From contig MU058423.1 in assembly GCA_013265495.1 (NCBI GenBank), positions 3,425,061 through 3,489,060 of the forward strand: a stretch of 64,000 nucleotides of DNA, read 5' to 3'. Shown in pieces: positions 1-11,511 of the stretch; position 1 is the first letter of the stretch, and the number at the start of each line of letters is the position of its first letter. Under the pieces are notes generated by a model. The model saw nothing but the letters and a program-made list of their open reading frames with translations, did no database searches and was not told the DNA's origin. Position numbers and translations under genes: made by a program. The stretch comes from Vicugna vicugna (Eukaryota).

Positions 1-747
1 CTTAAATAACTGTTTAATATCTTTCATTTTTACACTACTTTTGCATCTTCTCTTACTGGACTGTATTTGTTGAATTTGTCTTTTATTTCTCCTGTTATGT
101 TCAGTCCCATGCTGAATCACACTGTTCTGGGTTTAATTTTTCTTTTGCTATATGCAGTACTTTCAATCCCCAGGGCACATTCTCTGATATTGTCTTAAGG
201 CTAAACTGAACATCTCTTTCCAAAACATGTCCTGGAGAAAGGTCTCCGGTCTTGGCCACAGAATTAAGGTTGGATTTCACCTTTTTTCCCTCTGCTCACA
301 CTGACCACACTGATCATACTCGTTAAGAGTCCTCATAGCTATTGCTTAGCAATAAATTCTCTGAGTTTCAGAGGCCTTAACTTTTCAGGAATGTTGCTTC
401 CCTGATTCTTCTGTTGAAATTTACATCTGATTCACTCTTTTCATGCTGGGAGAGCCATTTGTTCATCCCCTTGAGGAGCAGGAAACAAAGCAACTGTGTT
501 TGTGGCAGGTGTATCTGTGTCTTGTGTGTAAGGTGTCCCCTTCTTAAGCTATCATTGCAGGGATCAAAATAAACGTGCCTCCCAAGCTGTCTAATCACCC
601 AAACCTGCTGTTTCCCCGGTAGGAAAGAGATTCAGTATTTTAGGAACTTTAACTCTTTCTGTCCTACCACATGAAAATTACAATATGTGAATCTCAAAGT
701 CTTCAAATCATATTGTGATTTTCAAAATTCTTCCTTTCCTTTTCAAG

Positions 748-896
748 GCTCAGAGTTTAGAAATAAAGAATGTGAAGATAATAAGCCGTTTAATAGAGAT
801 GATGAAAGAGGGCAGAGTCCTTTGTGGAGAGGAAATGGTGCGAATGTTCCCAAGCTTGCTCCTGAAACAGCTGTTAAGGTCTGGTCATGTGAACAG
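748..896 (+). pseudogene. Disabled exon-6 homolog of an upstream SCaMC/SLC25A24-family paralog
   Basis: AG 746-747, GTAAAG donor at 897. Reads [49 protein letters not shown] versus functional exon 6 [51 protein letters not shown]. Length 149 vs 153 nt, i.e. a 4-nt frameshifting deletion near 819. Confidence 0.95.
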
Positions 897-1990
897 GTAA
901 AGCTGTACTGCCTATGACATTTATTAACAAGGGAAAGTTATTTAATTTTATTTAAAAAGTGCTTCAAGTTATTACGAAACAAAGGGAAATGGTTGTTAAT
1001 TCTATATTGGAACACTACTATAAATTTATATAATGATATTATTATTATATAATTGTAATGTTGTTATTATATCTTAGTGCTGTTTTTAGAAGAAATTCTG
1101 TCTTTGTGGTCTTAACATTTCCTCCATAAGAGCTATTTTAGAGCATTCATTTGGGATTCTATGTGGAAACTTCACAATAGTGTACTAAATTCACTGAATT
1201 CTAACAGGAATAATATGGTCGAGTCGAGGGAGACCTTAACCTTATCCCTAATGCTAACCTTGCCTATCTTTTCAGCCCCATCTTTAACCACAATTTCCAC
1301 TCTGGTCATACTGAGCTTTTAGTACCTCAGACACACTTTACTTTTTTACTGTTCTGTAAGAAAAAATTTATTATCATTAATGTATGCGATAATAGCTACT
1401 ACTTCCTTAGTTTCTTTGTGGCAAACACTTTACATGTGTGCATCCCTGTGTTTGTTTACTCTTCATAACAATCCTGCAAAGAAGGAACCGTAGGTATAAT
1501 GGTTACCAGCATAGGCAAGGCTCTTGCCTTCATTTTCCAGATGAAGAAACTGAATTATTAGCGAAGTTGAATAATCTGTCCTGAATCACTCGGTAAATGA
1601 CCAGGACAAGATTGATTCTGGATTTGCCATGTCATGTTGGTTCATAAAAATTGGACATAGTCGCCATCAGAACATGTTGCATAAGGTTCTCAGTTGTTTC
1701 CATCTCAGTTTTCCATTTTCATTATATTTATTCCTTATCATAATCTACGCTTATTGAATGTAGCTGTATAGCAGGTCTTATTCTAGTCAAAAAGAGGCAC
1801 AGGAAGAAATCTCTACAGTTAAGGTTGAGACCTCCTATCTAATGTGCATGGCAATATTCAGGTACTCGGTACTGTGCACTGCAGTTTTTAACTATAAATT
1901 CAATGCCCAGGTATTCATTGATATTGAATAAGTTGCATGCCCTCTGGGGTTTTTGAGCACTAACATACTTTTGAACTCTTGTTAATATAG

Positions 1991-2098
1991 TTCAAGTAGT
2001 ATCTTTCTTCTGAAGGACCCAATATAGGAATTATTGAGAAATTTGCTTCTGCTTCTTTGGCTGGTGTTACTGCATAGTCTTTTATCTACTTCTTAGAG
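1991..2098 (+). pseudogene. Disabled exon-7 homolog of the upstream SCaMC paralog
   Basis: AG 1989-1990, GTAATT at 2099; 108 nt, same as functional exon 7. Reads FK*YLSSEGPNIGIIEKFASASLAGVTA*SFIYFLE versus [36 protein letters not shown]. In-frame TAG at 1997-1999 and 2075-2077. Confidence 0.95.
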
Positions 2099-2336
2099 GT
2101 AATTGCTGTTGAAAAAAATGTAATTGCTATCTCTAGTGAAAAGTATGGCTAATCTTTTTCAAATGAGCCACAATTCTCTTATTATTAGCAGTTATTGAGT
2201 AGGGAAAATCTGTTACAGAGGTTGTGTCACCAGAGCCATGATATTTAAGCTGGAGTTTCTTGCTGTTTTTTTAATTTTTTTTTTTTTTTGCATTTTACCT
2301 TCCATATGAAATTAGAATAGGCTTGCCAAGCTTCTT

Positions 2337-2340
<4 letters not shown>

Positions 2341-2378
<38 letters not shown>
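2341..2378. repeat. (CA)n microsatellite
   Basis: Uninterrupted CA run of about 19 units. Confidence 0.95.
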
Positions 2379-2381
<3 letters not shown>

Positions 2382-3194
2382 CAAGCCAACTGGGATTTTG
2401 ACTCTTAATTGTACTGAATGAATTTGGGGGGAAGAAATGACTATTACAATATTGAATTTTTTTGCCCAGGAACAAGGTATGTGTCTCTCTCCATTTAGAT
2501 CTTTCATTATACTCTGATAATGTTTGTCATTTTCTTATGCAGGTATTACACATTTTGAGGCTTTTATGTTACTTTATGCCTTGTGCTATTTGTTGCTGTT
2601 AATGTGTTCTATTATAGTTTGCTAATGTTTATTGCTGGTATATGTGAAAACTCGTGGGTTTTAAGTTAAGCTTGTATCCAACAACTCTACAGCACTCTTA
2701 TTAATTCTAAGAATTTGGAAGCTTTTAGGATTTTTCTCTTAATCCTTGTTTTTATGAAATTTTACCATGAAATGGTATTGGACTGTTTTTCTTCATATTA
2801 CTCAGTTAATTTGGATCTTTTTAACGAAAATGTCTGCATGTTCCCAGCCCTGAGAAATTCTGTATTAAATTTTGGATTTTTTTTTGAATTTTCTCTAGAA
2901 TTCTTCTAGAATTCTCATTTGATGTCTATTGGAATTACTGGTGATATCATCCAAAAGCCCATGAGTCTTTTTTCTTATACTTCCCCTTTCTTTACCCTCC
3001 TGAATTATATTCTGAGAGAATTCATTGAGTTGGTATGCCAGTCATGAATTTAGTTCTTAGCTGTTTCCATGTTGCTCTTCAGCCAGTCTGCTGAATTTTT
3101 TTTCAATGATGCAAATTTTAATTTTCAGTATGCCTAGCTTTCCTCCTCCAACCTAGATACAATATATTCCTTTTTAAAAAACATTTGTTACTAA

Positions 3195-3556
3195 TTTTCT
3201 TTTTTTCCCCTGAAGTATAATTGTCTTACAGTATTATGTCAGTTTCAGGTGTACAGCATAGTGATTTGATATTTTCATACACTGCAAAATGGTCACCACA
3301 GTAAGTTTAGTTACCATCTGTCACCATACAATGCGTTCAGCTTTTCACCACTGAGTATGATGTTGGCTGTAAGTCATATATAGCCATTATTATGTTGAGG
3401 TATGTTCCCTCTATATCCACTTTTTTGAGAGTTTTCATCATAAATGGACGTTGAATTTTGTCAAAAGCCTTTTCTGCATCTATTCAGATGATTTTTATTC
3501 TTCAGTTTGTTAATGTGGTGCATCACACTGACTGATTTGTGAATACTGACCATCCT
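3195..3556 (-). mobile_element. L1 fragments (3' end joined to an ORF2 piece)
   Basis: T-rich start, 'gaagtataattg...caggtgtacagcatagtgatt' L1 3' motif, then 'ttcagcttttcaccactgagtatgatgttggctgt' typical of antisense ORF2. Confidence 0.75.
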
Positions 3557-4722
3557 CCTAGTTGCAACACACTCTTGAATTCCTCTGAGGAATTTAGTTA
3601 TACTTGTTTTCAAGTCTTCAGTTTGTTATGTTGTTCTTTATTTTTTCTAAATTCTAAATTAATGACTGCAAGGAAAACACAGAGACCCTGGATTAAACAC
3701 AAAAGTGATTAATTTTAGAGCTATGAGTCAGAGCAGCTGTAAGTAATTTAAATATATTTTGAATATGTTTTTCTGTGATTTGACACTTTTTTACTCCTTC
3801 GTAATTATAAGGCTGAAACATCCAATTTTTAAAAATAACATAGATTTTGCATACGGTTTTTAAATTTTAAGATTATTTTCCCTTCAAGGTCTAAACTGAC
3901 CTGTGTATGTGTCTGACCATATTTGTATATAATCTAGGATAAGCAGTACTTCCTTCAGATTATATAGTTTCACATTGGCATCTAAGGCAATTGATTTAGT
4001 AGGAGGTAAGGAGATTCCCACATAAACATTTCTGTTATAGCATTCTCAGTGAAAAAGGAATAAATAGCATAAAATCGAGACCCATACACTTGGTAAAGAG
4101 CTACAGCTCTTTCTCTCATACTAATCTTCAATGTTGACAGGCTCTTCTGTTATGTTTTCCTTTTTGCCTAGTGTCTGCTCCTTTTAGCCTTTCCAGTCCA
4201 TTCTGTCATTTCCCCAAGGGTTCCAGATACCTGGTAGAAATGTTGTATCAGCTTTTGCATTGCCAGGATTAGTGGAGAGGTTGTGGCTTAGCAAAGACAA
4301 ATCTTAGAACAAAAATGTACAAGATATGTATACGGTAGGGAGTTCTGCTTGTGTTCTTTTGTGGTCGGGGAGGATACATTTCTATAGTAATATAATTTCA
4401 AATTAAACTTAGATTAGTCCAAGGAAACCCTAGATACCCTACACAAATTCCCAATATACATTTTGCCTCATTTGTGCATTCTCTCTCCATACATATGTGT
4501 GTGTGTGTATGTAGAGATGTAGAGAGAGAAAGTTGGAAATATTGTGCCTCTTTTACTTTTAAAAACTTCACTGTGAATTTCCTAAGAACAAAGAACTTTC
4601 TTTTGTATGTTATCAAAATTAGGAAATACAACAATAGAGTACTATCATCTAATCCACAGTTCTTATTCAAATGGCATTGTTACTTGTTCTAATAATGGTC
4701 TAGTCTTTATGATAATTTCTTT

Positions 4723-4783
4723 CTTTTTTTAAACTTTTTTTTATTGAGTTATAGTCATTTTACAATCTTGTGTCAAATTTATA
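4723..4783 (-). mobile_element. Very short, 5'-truncated L1 3' end with target-site duplication
   Basis: T-tract plus 'attgagttatagtcattttacaat', flanked by ataatttcttt at 4712-4722 and 4784-4794. Confidence 0.7.
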
Positions 4784-5094
4784 ATAATTTCTTTTTAAGT
4801 GGTTCAGGATCCAATCCAAGATCATGTGTCAGGTCTCTTTAATATCTTTTTATTTGGATAAATTCCTTAGTCTGTCTTTCCTCTACTTTTTTTTGGTGGG
4901 GGGTGTCTTTTTCATGTTAACTTGTGTTTGTGTGTGTGTGCTGTCATATACATTTTTTTAATTAAAAAACTCTCTACTATTCACAAGAGGTGTGTGTTTA
5001 TATGCACATGTGTAGATGTTTGTGAAATTCTAATACCAGCTTATTAGGATACTCAGGTTGGGCAAGGAGGTTGTAGGAGCTTTACTTTCAGGTT

Positions 5095-5830
5095 CTTTTA
5101 TTAATTGAACATATTTGACATATAATGTTGTGTAAATTTAAGGTGTACAACATGTTGATTTGATAAATTTATGCATTATAGCAATACTTCTATCACATTC
5201 ATAATTATCCTTTCTTTTTAATGGTTGGAATAACTAAATTCTAGCCTCTTAGGAAGGTGGTTGATTATAGGGCAAGATTGTTGTCTGTATTCACTATACT
5301 GTGTGGTAGATCTCTAGAGCTTATTTCCTGCTTGTTGCGAGCCTGTACCCTTAAACAGCATCTATTTTATCCCCCCACCTCCCATCCCCTGGTAACCACC
5401 ATTTTTCTCTCTGTTTTTGCAAGCTTGGCTTCTTTAGATTCAACTTGTAAATGATATACTGTACTTGTGTTTCTCTGTCTCACTTATCTCACTTGGCACA
5501 ATGTGCTCGAAGTCCATCTGTGTTGTCACAAATGGCAGGATATCCTCCTTTCTCATGGCTCAATAACATTATATTGTGTGTGAATATATATCTGTATGTG
5601 TCACATATTCTTTGTCCATTCATCTGTTGATGAGCATTTAGCTTGTTTCAGTATCTTGGCTATTGTGAATAATGCTACAGTAAACACGGAGGTGCACATA
5701 TCCCTTTGGAATCCTGTTTTCACTTCCTTTGGGTGTTATACCCAGAAGTGGAATTGCTGGGTCAATGGACTTTTAAGTTTTTGAGGAACCTCCAAATTGT
5801 TTTCCATAGTGGTTGCACCAATTTATATTC
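5095..5830 (-). mobile_element. L1 3' fragment
   Basis: Antisense L1 3'UTR/ORF2-end motifs, e.g. 'tccattcatctgttgatgagcatttag', 'gaggaacctccaaattgttttccatagtggttgcacc'. Confidence 0.85.
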
Positions 5831-6188
5831 TCTTTTGGGTTCCTTATCTGAGCCACAGTACAATAGCTCTGGCTATCCTATTATGTAATTTGGACACAAA
5901 GAAGGTAAGAGCCAGATACAGATACTCTAGCTTCCTAAAAAGTTAAATTCAGAAATTTGGTAAAAGCGTTTAAGCAATGTATTTGTAAAATACTTGTATG
6001 CAAAACTAAAATATTCCAGGGAACAGTAGGAAATTGTATATTTCCTACTGTATGATATACTGTCATTGATCTATGATTGTTTTCTCTTTAATTCTGTAGC
6101 AGTGGATGAGCTCTGTAGGTCACTATTTATGAGACTGCCCTGGGTTGGATAACTGACCAATGACCATATAACATTCTTTCACATTCAG

Positions 6189-6356
6189 GTTTTAAAAATG
6201 AATTTGGCTGTAAGTAGAACTGGACAGTCCTCTGGGATATTGGATTGTGCCAGGAAGATTTGGAAGCTTGAAAGGATTAGAGGCTTTAACAAAAGCTAAA
6301 TTCCTAGTCTTCTGACTGTTGTACTGTATGCAGGCGTAGATATTACTTTTTATGAG
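6189..6356 (+). pseudogene. Disabled exon-8 homolog of the upstream SCaMC paralog
   Basis: AG 6187-6188, GTGAGT at 6357; 168 nt, same as functional exon 8. Reads VLKMNLAVSRTGQSSGILDCARKIWKLERIRGFNKS*IPSLLTVVLYAGVDITFYE, TAA at 6297-6299. Intron flanks also resemble those of functional exon 8. Confidence 0.95.
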
Positions 6357-7649
6357 GTGAGTCTGTTTCTATGATGGACTTAAAACAGATTTATTAGATC
6401 TGAAAATATAATACAATTGAAAAAATTTTAATCAAAAATACATTTTAAAATGACTAAATAGAAAATATGTTTTTTACAGTCTGTTTTGCTAGCTTCTCTT
6501 CCTCAGGATCGCAAGCTAGTTTCCTGTAAGTGTTGACCTTAATCTTCCCTCTTCACTCCTTGCACACAAACCACTCTCTCTTGGTGACTCCATCTGTTAC
6601 TGGGTTACATTATAGTTGGTATATTACTAACTTGCAGATCTGCTTTTTTTTTTTTTTTTAACCTCTTTCCTGATCTCCAGACCACTGGGGAGATCGAATG
6701 ACATTGTTTTACTTCCCATTTTAACTAGGGTTAGCAGTCTGATTTGGCTCATGTTACTTTTGTTCTGGGTTTCCTTGTGAATAATTTTGGGTTATAATAA
6801 TTAGCTACTCCAAGTCAGTTATAGTTACTTGATTCAGAAAAAACAAAAGGAAGAATGTAAGTAAGTTGTTTTTTGGGGGGTTGGGGCAGGATTACAAAAT
6901 AATAATGGCCTACTTTCTATGTTAGTAGTGTCCAGTTTCACTTTGGTCACTTTTGTAGCTGATTCTGATAGACCATCAAGCATGACTTTCCTTGTCCAAC
7001 TTCCTCCCTTCTTGCTAATCCTGAGTACCTTCCACCCCACCAGACTTCTTAATTCTTATCAGTGCTTAGGATAGCAATTAGGGTCATGGGCTCAGACTGC
7101 TTGAGTTCAGATATGGCTTCACAATTTCCTTAACCTCTCTGTGCCTGAATTCTCTCACCTTAAAAATGCAGATTTATTCATTCAGTAAATAATTATTGAG
7201 TTGCATGTAACAGGCTCTGTTCTAGGTACAACAAACAAAAGAGAGGGTCTTTGGGGAGCTCAACATTCTTTCATTGGGAGATAGAAAATAAACAATTGAT
7301 AAACGTGGTGTGTTAGTGATAGGATTATGGAGAAAAACAAAGTAGGGAAGGCGAGTAGACAGTATTAGGGACTGAAAGGCCTTCCTGAAAAGATACCTCT
7401 GAGCAGAGACGCTAAAGAAGTGAGGGCTTGAGCCATGCATACATTCACAGGAAGAACATTTAGGGTGGAAGCATGCTTGTACAGCTGGATTGAGCCAGAA
7501 GAGATTAGTAGGAGATGAGGTCAGAGAGTGAGTGGGGATCCAGATTTATCAGGGGCTTGCAAATCATAGAAAGGACTTTATTTTTACTCTAGGTGAACTG
7601 GGAACCTACTGGAGGGTTCTGACCAGAGGAATGCCATGTATGACAGGAT

Positions 7650-9035
7650 TTTTTTAGTCATAAAATTTTTATTAAGATATAATTCATATACCATATAATT
7701 CACCATTTTGAAGTGTTCAGTGTATCTTCAGGGCTGTGCAATCATCTCTACTATCTAATTCAAGAACATTTCATCACTCCAAAAATAAACTCTATACTGA
7801 TCAGCAGTCACTCCCCAGCCCCAACTCCCCCATTCCCTGAAAAATACAAATTTCTGTCTCTGCAGATTTGTCTAATCAGGACATTTCATATAAATGCAAT
7901 TATACAATATATGGTCTTTTATGACTTGCTTCTTCTCACTCAGCAAAATGGTTTCAAGGTTCATCCATGTGGTAGCATCTACCAATATTTCATTCTTTTT
8001 TTTCCTGAATATTATTCCATTATATGGATATACCATCTTTTGTTTGTCCATTCATCAGTTAATGGACAGTTGGGCTGTTTCCACCTTTTGACTGTTTTGA
8101 ATAATGCTAGTATGAAATCAAGTACAAGTTTTTGTATGGACATGTTTTCTTTCTCTTTGGAATATATCTAGGAGTGGAAGTGCTGGGAAATCAGATAACC
8201 CTATGTTCAACTTTTTTGGTAAGAACTACCACTGTTTTCTAAGGTGGCTACACCATTTTATTTCCACTAGCAGTGAATGAGGGTCCCAGTTCTCTACATC
8301 CTTGTCAACACCTGTTATTATTTATCTTTTTGCTTTTGCCATCCTTGTGAATAAAAAGTGGTACCATCATCTATTACTAATTGTCTTTTTATAGTTGCAT
8401 TGTAGGAGTTCTCTGTATATAATAGACACAAATCCCTTATCAGATATATGATTTGCAAATATTTCCTCCCATTCCATGGGTTGTCTTATACTTTCTTTAT
8501 AATATCCTTTGAAGCACAAAAGTTTTAAATTTTGATTAAGTCCAATTTATTTATTTCTTCTTTTGTTACCATTGCATTTTTTGTCATATCTAAGAAACCA
8601 CTGCCTAATCCAAGAACATAGATTTACATCTATGCTTCCTTCTAAGGGTTTTATAGTTTTAGTTCTCATGTTAGGTCTACATTTTGAATTAATTTTTGTA
8701 TATGGTGTTAGGCAGGGGTCCAACTTCATTCTTTTGCATGTAGATATCCATTTGTCTCAATACCATTTGTTGAAAAGACTATTTTCTCCACTGGATGGTC
8801 TTGGCACACTTGGTGAAAATCAATTGACTATGCATGTTAAAGGTTTATTTCTGGATTCAAATTCTATTTGTTGATCCGTATGTCTATCCTTATGCCAGTA
8901 CCACAATTGTCTTCATTGCTGTGGCTCTGAAGTAAGTATGAAATTAGAAAAATATGAGTCCTCTTGTTTCTTTTTTTCTCAGCACTGTTTTGGCTATTCT
9001 GAGTCCCTTGCATTGCCATATGAATTTTAGGATCA
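7650..9035 (-). mobile_element. Old L1 (L1M-type) fragment
   Basis: Minus-strand ORF 8547-8729 (MKLDPCLTPYTKINSK) is ORF2p C-terminal sequence; antisense 3'UTR motifs. Confidence 0.85.
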
Positions 9036-9523
9036 TCTAGTTTTAGAAGTTTTAGGACAGTGGGCAAAGTATGAAATAATGGTCTTTGGTATGTTGGGAG
9101 AGTAAGTGGACAAGGGAGATACGGTATCATTCCAGGGGGAAAAGAAAGGCCCATTTAAGATTTTACGATCATGATTTTAAAATGAGACAGGTCAGTATGG
9201 GTGTAAGTTTTTCAGTCACGTTTTGCTGCATGGGAGCAGACATGAAGTAGGCATAGTTGGTTTTAGGCAGGGTGGTTCTGTCATACTAACATGACCAAGG
9301 GAGAAAAAATAAACAAGGGAATTGTAAGATAATAGTAGGACCTACCTCATGGGGTTTTTATGACTATTAAATTTAATATATGTTAAAATGGTTAGATCTG
9401 CCCTAGCACATGAAAAGTGGTATGTCACCCTGAGATAGCATCATTAGTATCAGTTATATTTCAAGATAGTGTCTCTCTTTCTTACTGAGGCTGACTATTC
9501 TACCTTGGTTCTTTAAAAAAATA

Positions 9524-9672
9524 ATTATTTTTATTTGTTTTTGTTTATTTTGGGGGAGGTAATTAGGTTTATTTATTTACTTATTTATTTTAATGGAGGT
9601 CCTGGAGATTGAACCTAGGACCTCGTGCATGCTAAGCATGTGCTCTGCCACCGAGCTATACCCAGACCCCCC
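9524..9672 (-). mobile_element. tRNA-derived SINE (vic-1-like, camelid type)
   Basis: Reverse complement gives ggg..tatagctcggtggcagagcacatgcttagcatgcacgaggtcctaggttcaatctcc (A/B boxes), 'acctaattacctcccccaaaa' and an A-rich tail. Same family as the copies at 45741 and 54832. Confidence 0.85.
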
Positions 9673-10079
9673 AAAGTACTTTTTAAAACACTGATCTGGG
9701 CCTGTCATTAGACTGTGCCACCGACTTTCAAAGGACATGACTAGGGATTGGGGACGGAAAGCTTCAGTGCAACAAATCAGAGAACTAGGTTTTTACACAA
9801 TCCGTCAACCCTGTCTACTGCAATTCTCTGGGGCCTCAATTTTTGATCTCAGGCTCCTTTGTGGGAGCCTGTGAGAGAGCTTGAGGAATGGCAGAAACGC
9901 TTGGTGTTCCGGAAGATGAAAGAAAAGGTGTTTCAGGACGGAGGGCGTGGCCAGAAACTACTGGGATTAAACAGGGCGAAGAATTTAAAAACGTACTACG
10001 GATTTTGTGAGGAGAAAGCCCAGTAAGGTAGGTAGGGGTGGCTGAGATGAGACTGCAGTGGATCAAGGAGAAAGTGGAA

Positions 10080-10900
10080 GCTGGGGCGGAGGCAGGTTCT
10101 TGGAAACAACCCCAGGTTCCCAGGGAGGGAAAGAGGGAGACCGAGACCGAGGGCGGAGGCCGCTCAGGAGGGCCGCCCTCTTCAAACCACCCCGCCGGGG
10201 TCCGCGGGGCCCGACTGCGGGGCGGCGCCCTACCCTGGGGCGCCGGCCGGTCCGGCCGGAGGTGCAGGTCGGAGAAACTCGGCGGCGGCTGCAGGCGCTT
10301 AGCTTGCGGCGGGAGATTCGACGCCCGAGCGCTCCTTCGACGCCGCCTCGGGGGGCCGCTCCTCTCGCCCAGATCCCCGCGAACCCCGTTCGACCGCAGG
10401 CCGGGGCGGCGCTGGCTGCCGCCGCGTCTGGCGCCTCACTCCGACTTCCGGGCAGGCCGGCCGTCGCGCGTCGCCGCGGCCCAGGCGGCTCGGAACCGCG
10501 GCATCGCTGGGGCTGGGAGGAGAGGCGGCCGGTGGCGCCGCGCCCCGCCATGCTGCGCTGGCTGCGGGGCTTCGTGCTGCCCACGGCGACCTGCCACAGC
10601 GACGAGGACTACTTCCAGTACGAGATGCTCTTCCAAGACCTGGACCACGACGGGAACGGGGTGCTGGACATCGTCGAGCTCCGGGAGGGCCTGAAAAACT
10701 GGAGCTCCTCGTTTGGCCTGCACCCGGAGAAGGTGAGTGGCCGCAAGAATGTGGCCCCGCGCGTTTGGAGACACTGGGCAGAGGCTGAAGTGAGACTCGC
10801 GCTTTCCAGAACTGCTCCCCAGGGCCCTGGAGCGAGGGTGGGCTTCCTTCCCTGAGCCCCTTCACGCAGGGTAAGTACCGCAGCCCGGAGAAGCACCTTC
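10080..10900 (+). promoter_or_regulatory. CpG island promoter and first exon
   Basis: Abrupt very high GC and CpG density against an AT-rich background. Several GGGCGG boxes (about 10084, 10151, 10220, 10404). Start context gccccgccATG. Confidence 0.9.
10550..10732 (+). CDS. SLC25A54: SCaMC-1-like exon 1 (EF-hand 1)
   Basis: MLRWLRGFVLPTATCHSDEDYFQYEMLFQDLDHDGNGVLDIVELREGLKNWSSSFGLHPEK; donor AAG|GTGAGT. Confidence 0.95.
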
Positions 10901-11450
10901 TCCACCTTCTTAAAACAACCGCTTTCCACTAAAACAGTAACTTCTTAAAACAGCAACTTTGCACTTAAAACAGCCACTTTCCACTATGACCAAAGCCTTC
11001 TCCTGGGCTTTTCGGGAGATGCTGAGTGGGTTTATGGTGACTCGCTCAACATTTACTGAACCTGCACAGAATTTAAGGGGCCACGTTAGCCTTTTTGAAT
11101 GCAGGAGCCCAAGACCTTCCCTTTTTTTGGGACGTTCACGGCCCAGGGTTCACGCTTCAGGATCTTCTCCAAACGGCAGTCACAGGCGGGTCCCCAGAGC
11201 TGTCCTCTCTTTCTGACATCCCCACCGAAGCATAGGGGGAGTTAGACCATAGTCCATGGGTTTACACTTCAGCTGATTGTTTTAGTACCTTGCATAAATT
11301 AAAGATGTCTTCCTTCTCTGTACGGTCTTGACTTGATTATTTAAAAACTGTTTAGAAGGAAGTTTCAGGATATCAAGAGAAAACAATTATTGTTTCCCTT
11401 CTATCAATGCAAAACAGTGTTCAGATACTACCGCGCTAGTTTCAGCTACC

Positions 11451-11511
11451 TGTGTGTGTGTGTGTGTGTGTATGTATGTGTGTGTGTGTGTATGTATGTG
11501 TGTGTGTGTGT
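11451..11511. repeat. Interrupted (TG)n microsatellite
   Basis: TG run with TATG interruptions. Confidence 0.95.

Noticed and set aside
10038..10929. Several long overlapping ORFs (106-265 aa) on both strands
   Set aside because: Expected from stop-codon scarcity in a CpG island. Only the frame from ATG 10550 has family homology and a proper donor.
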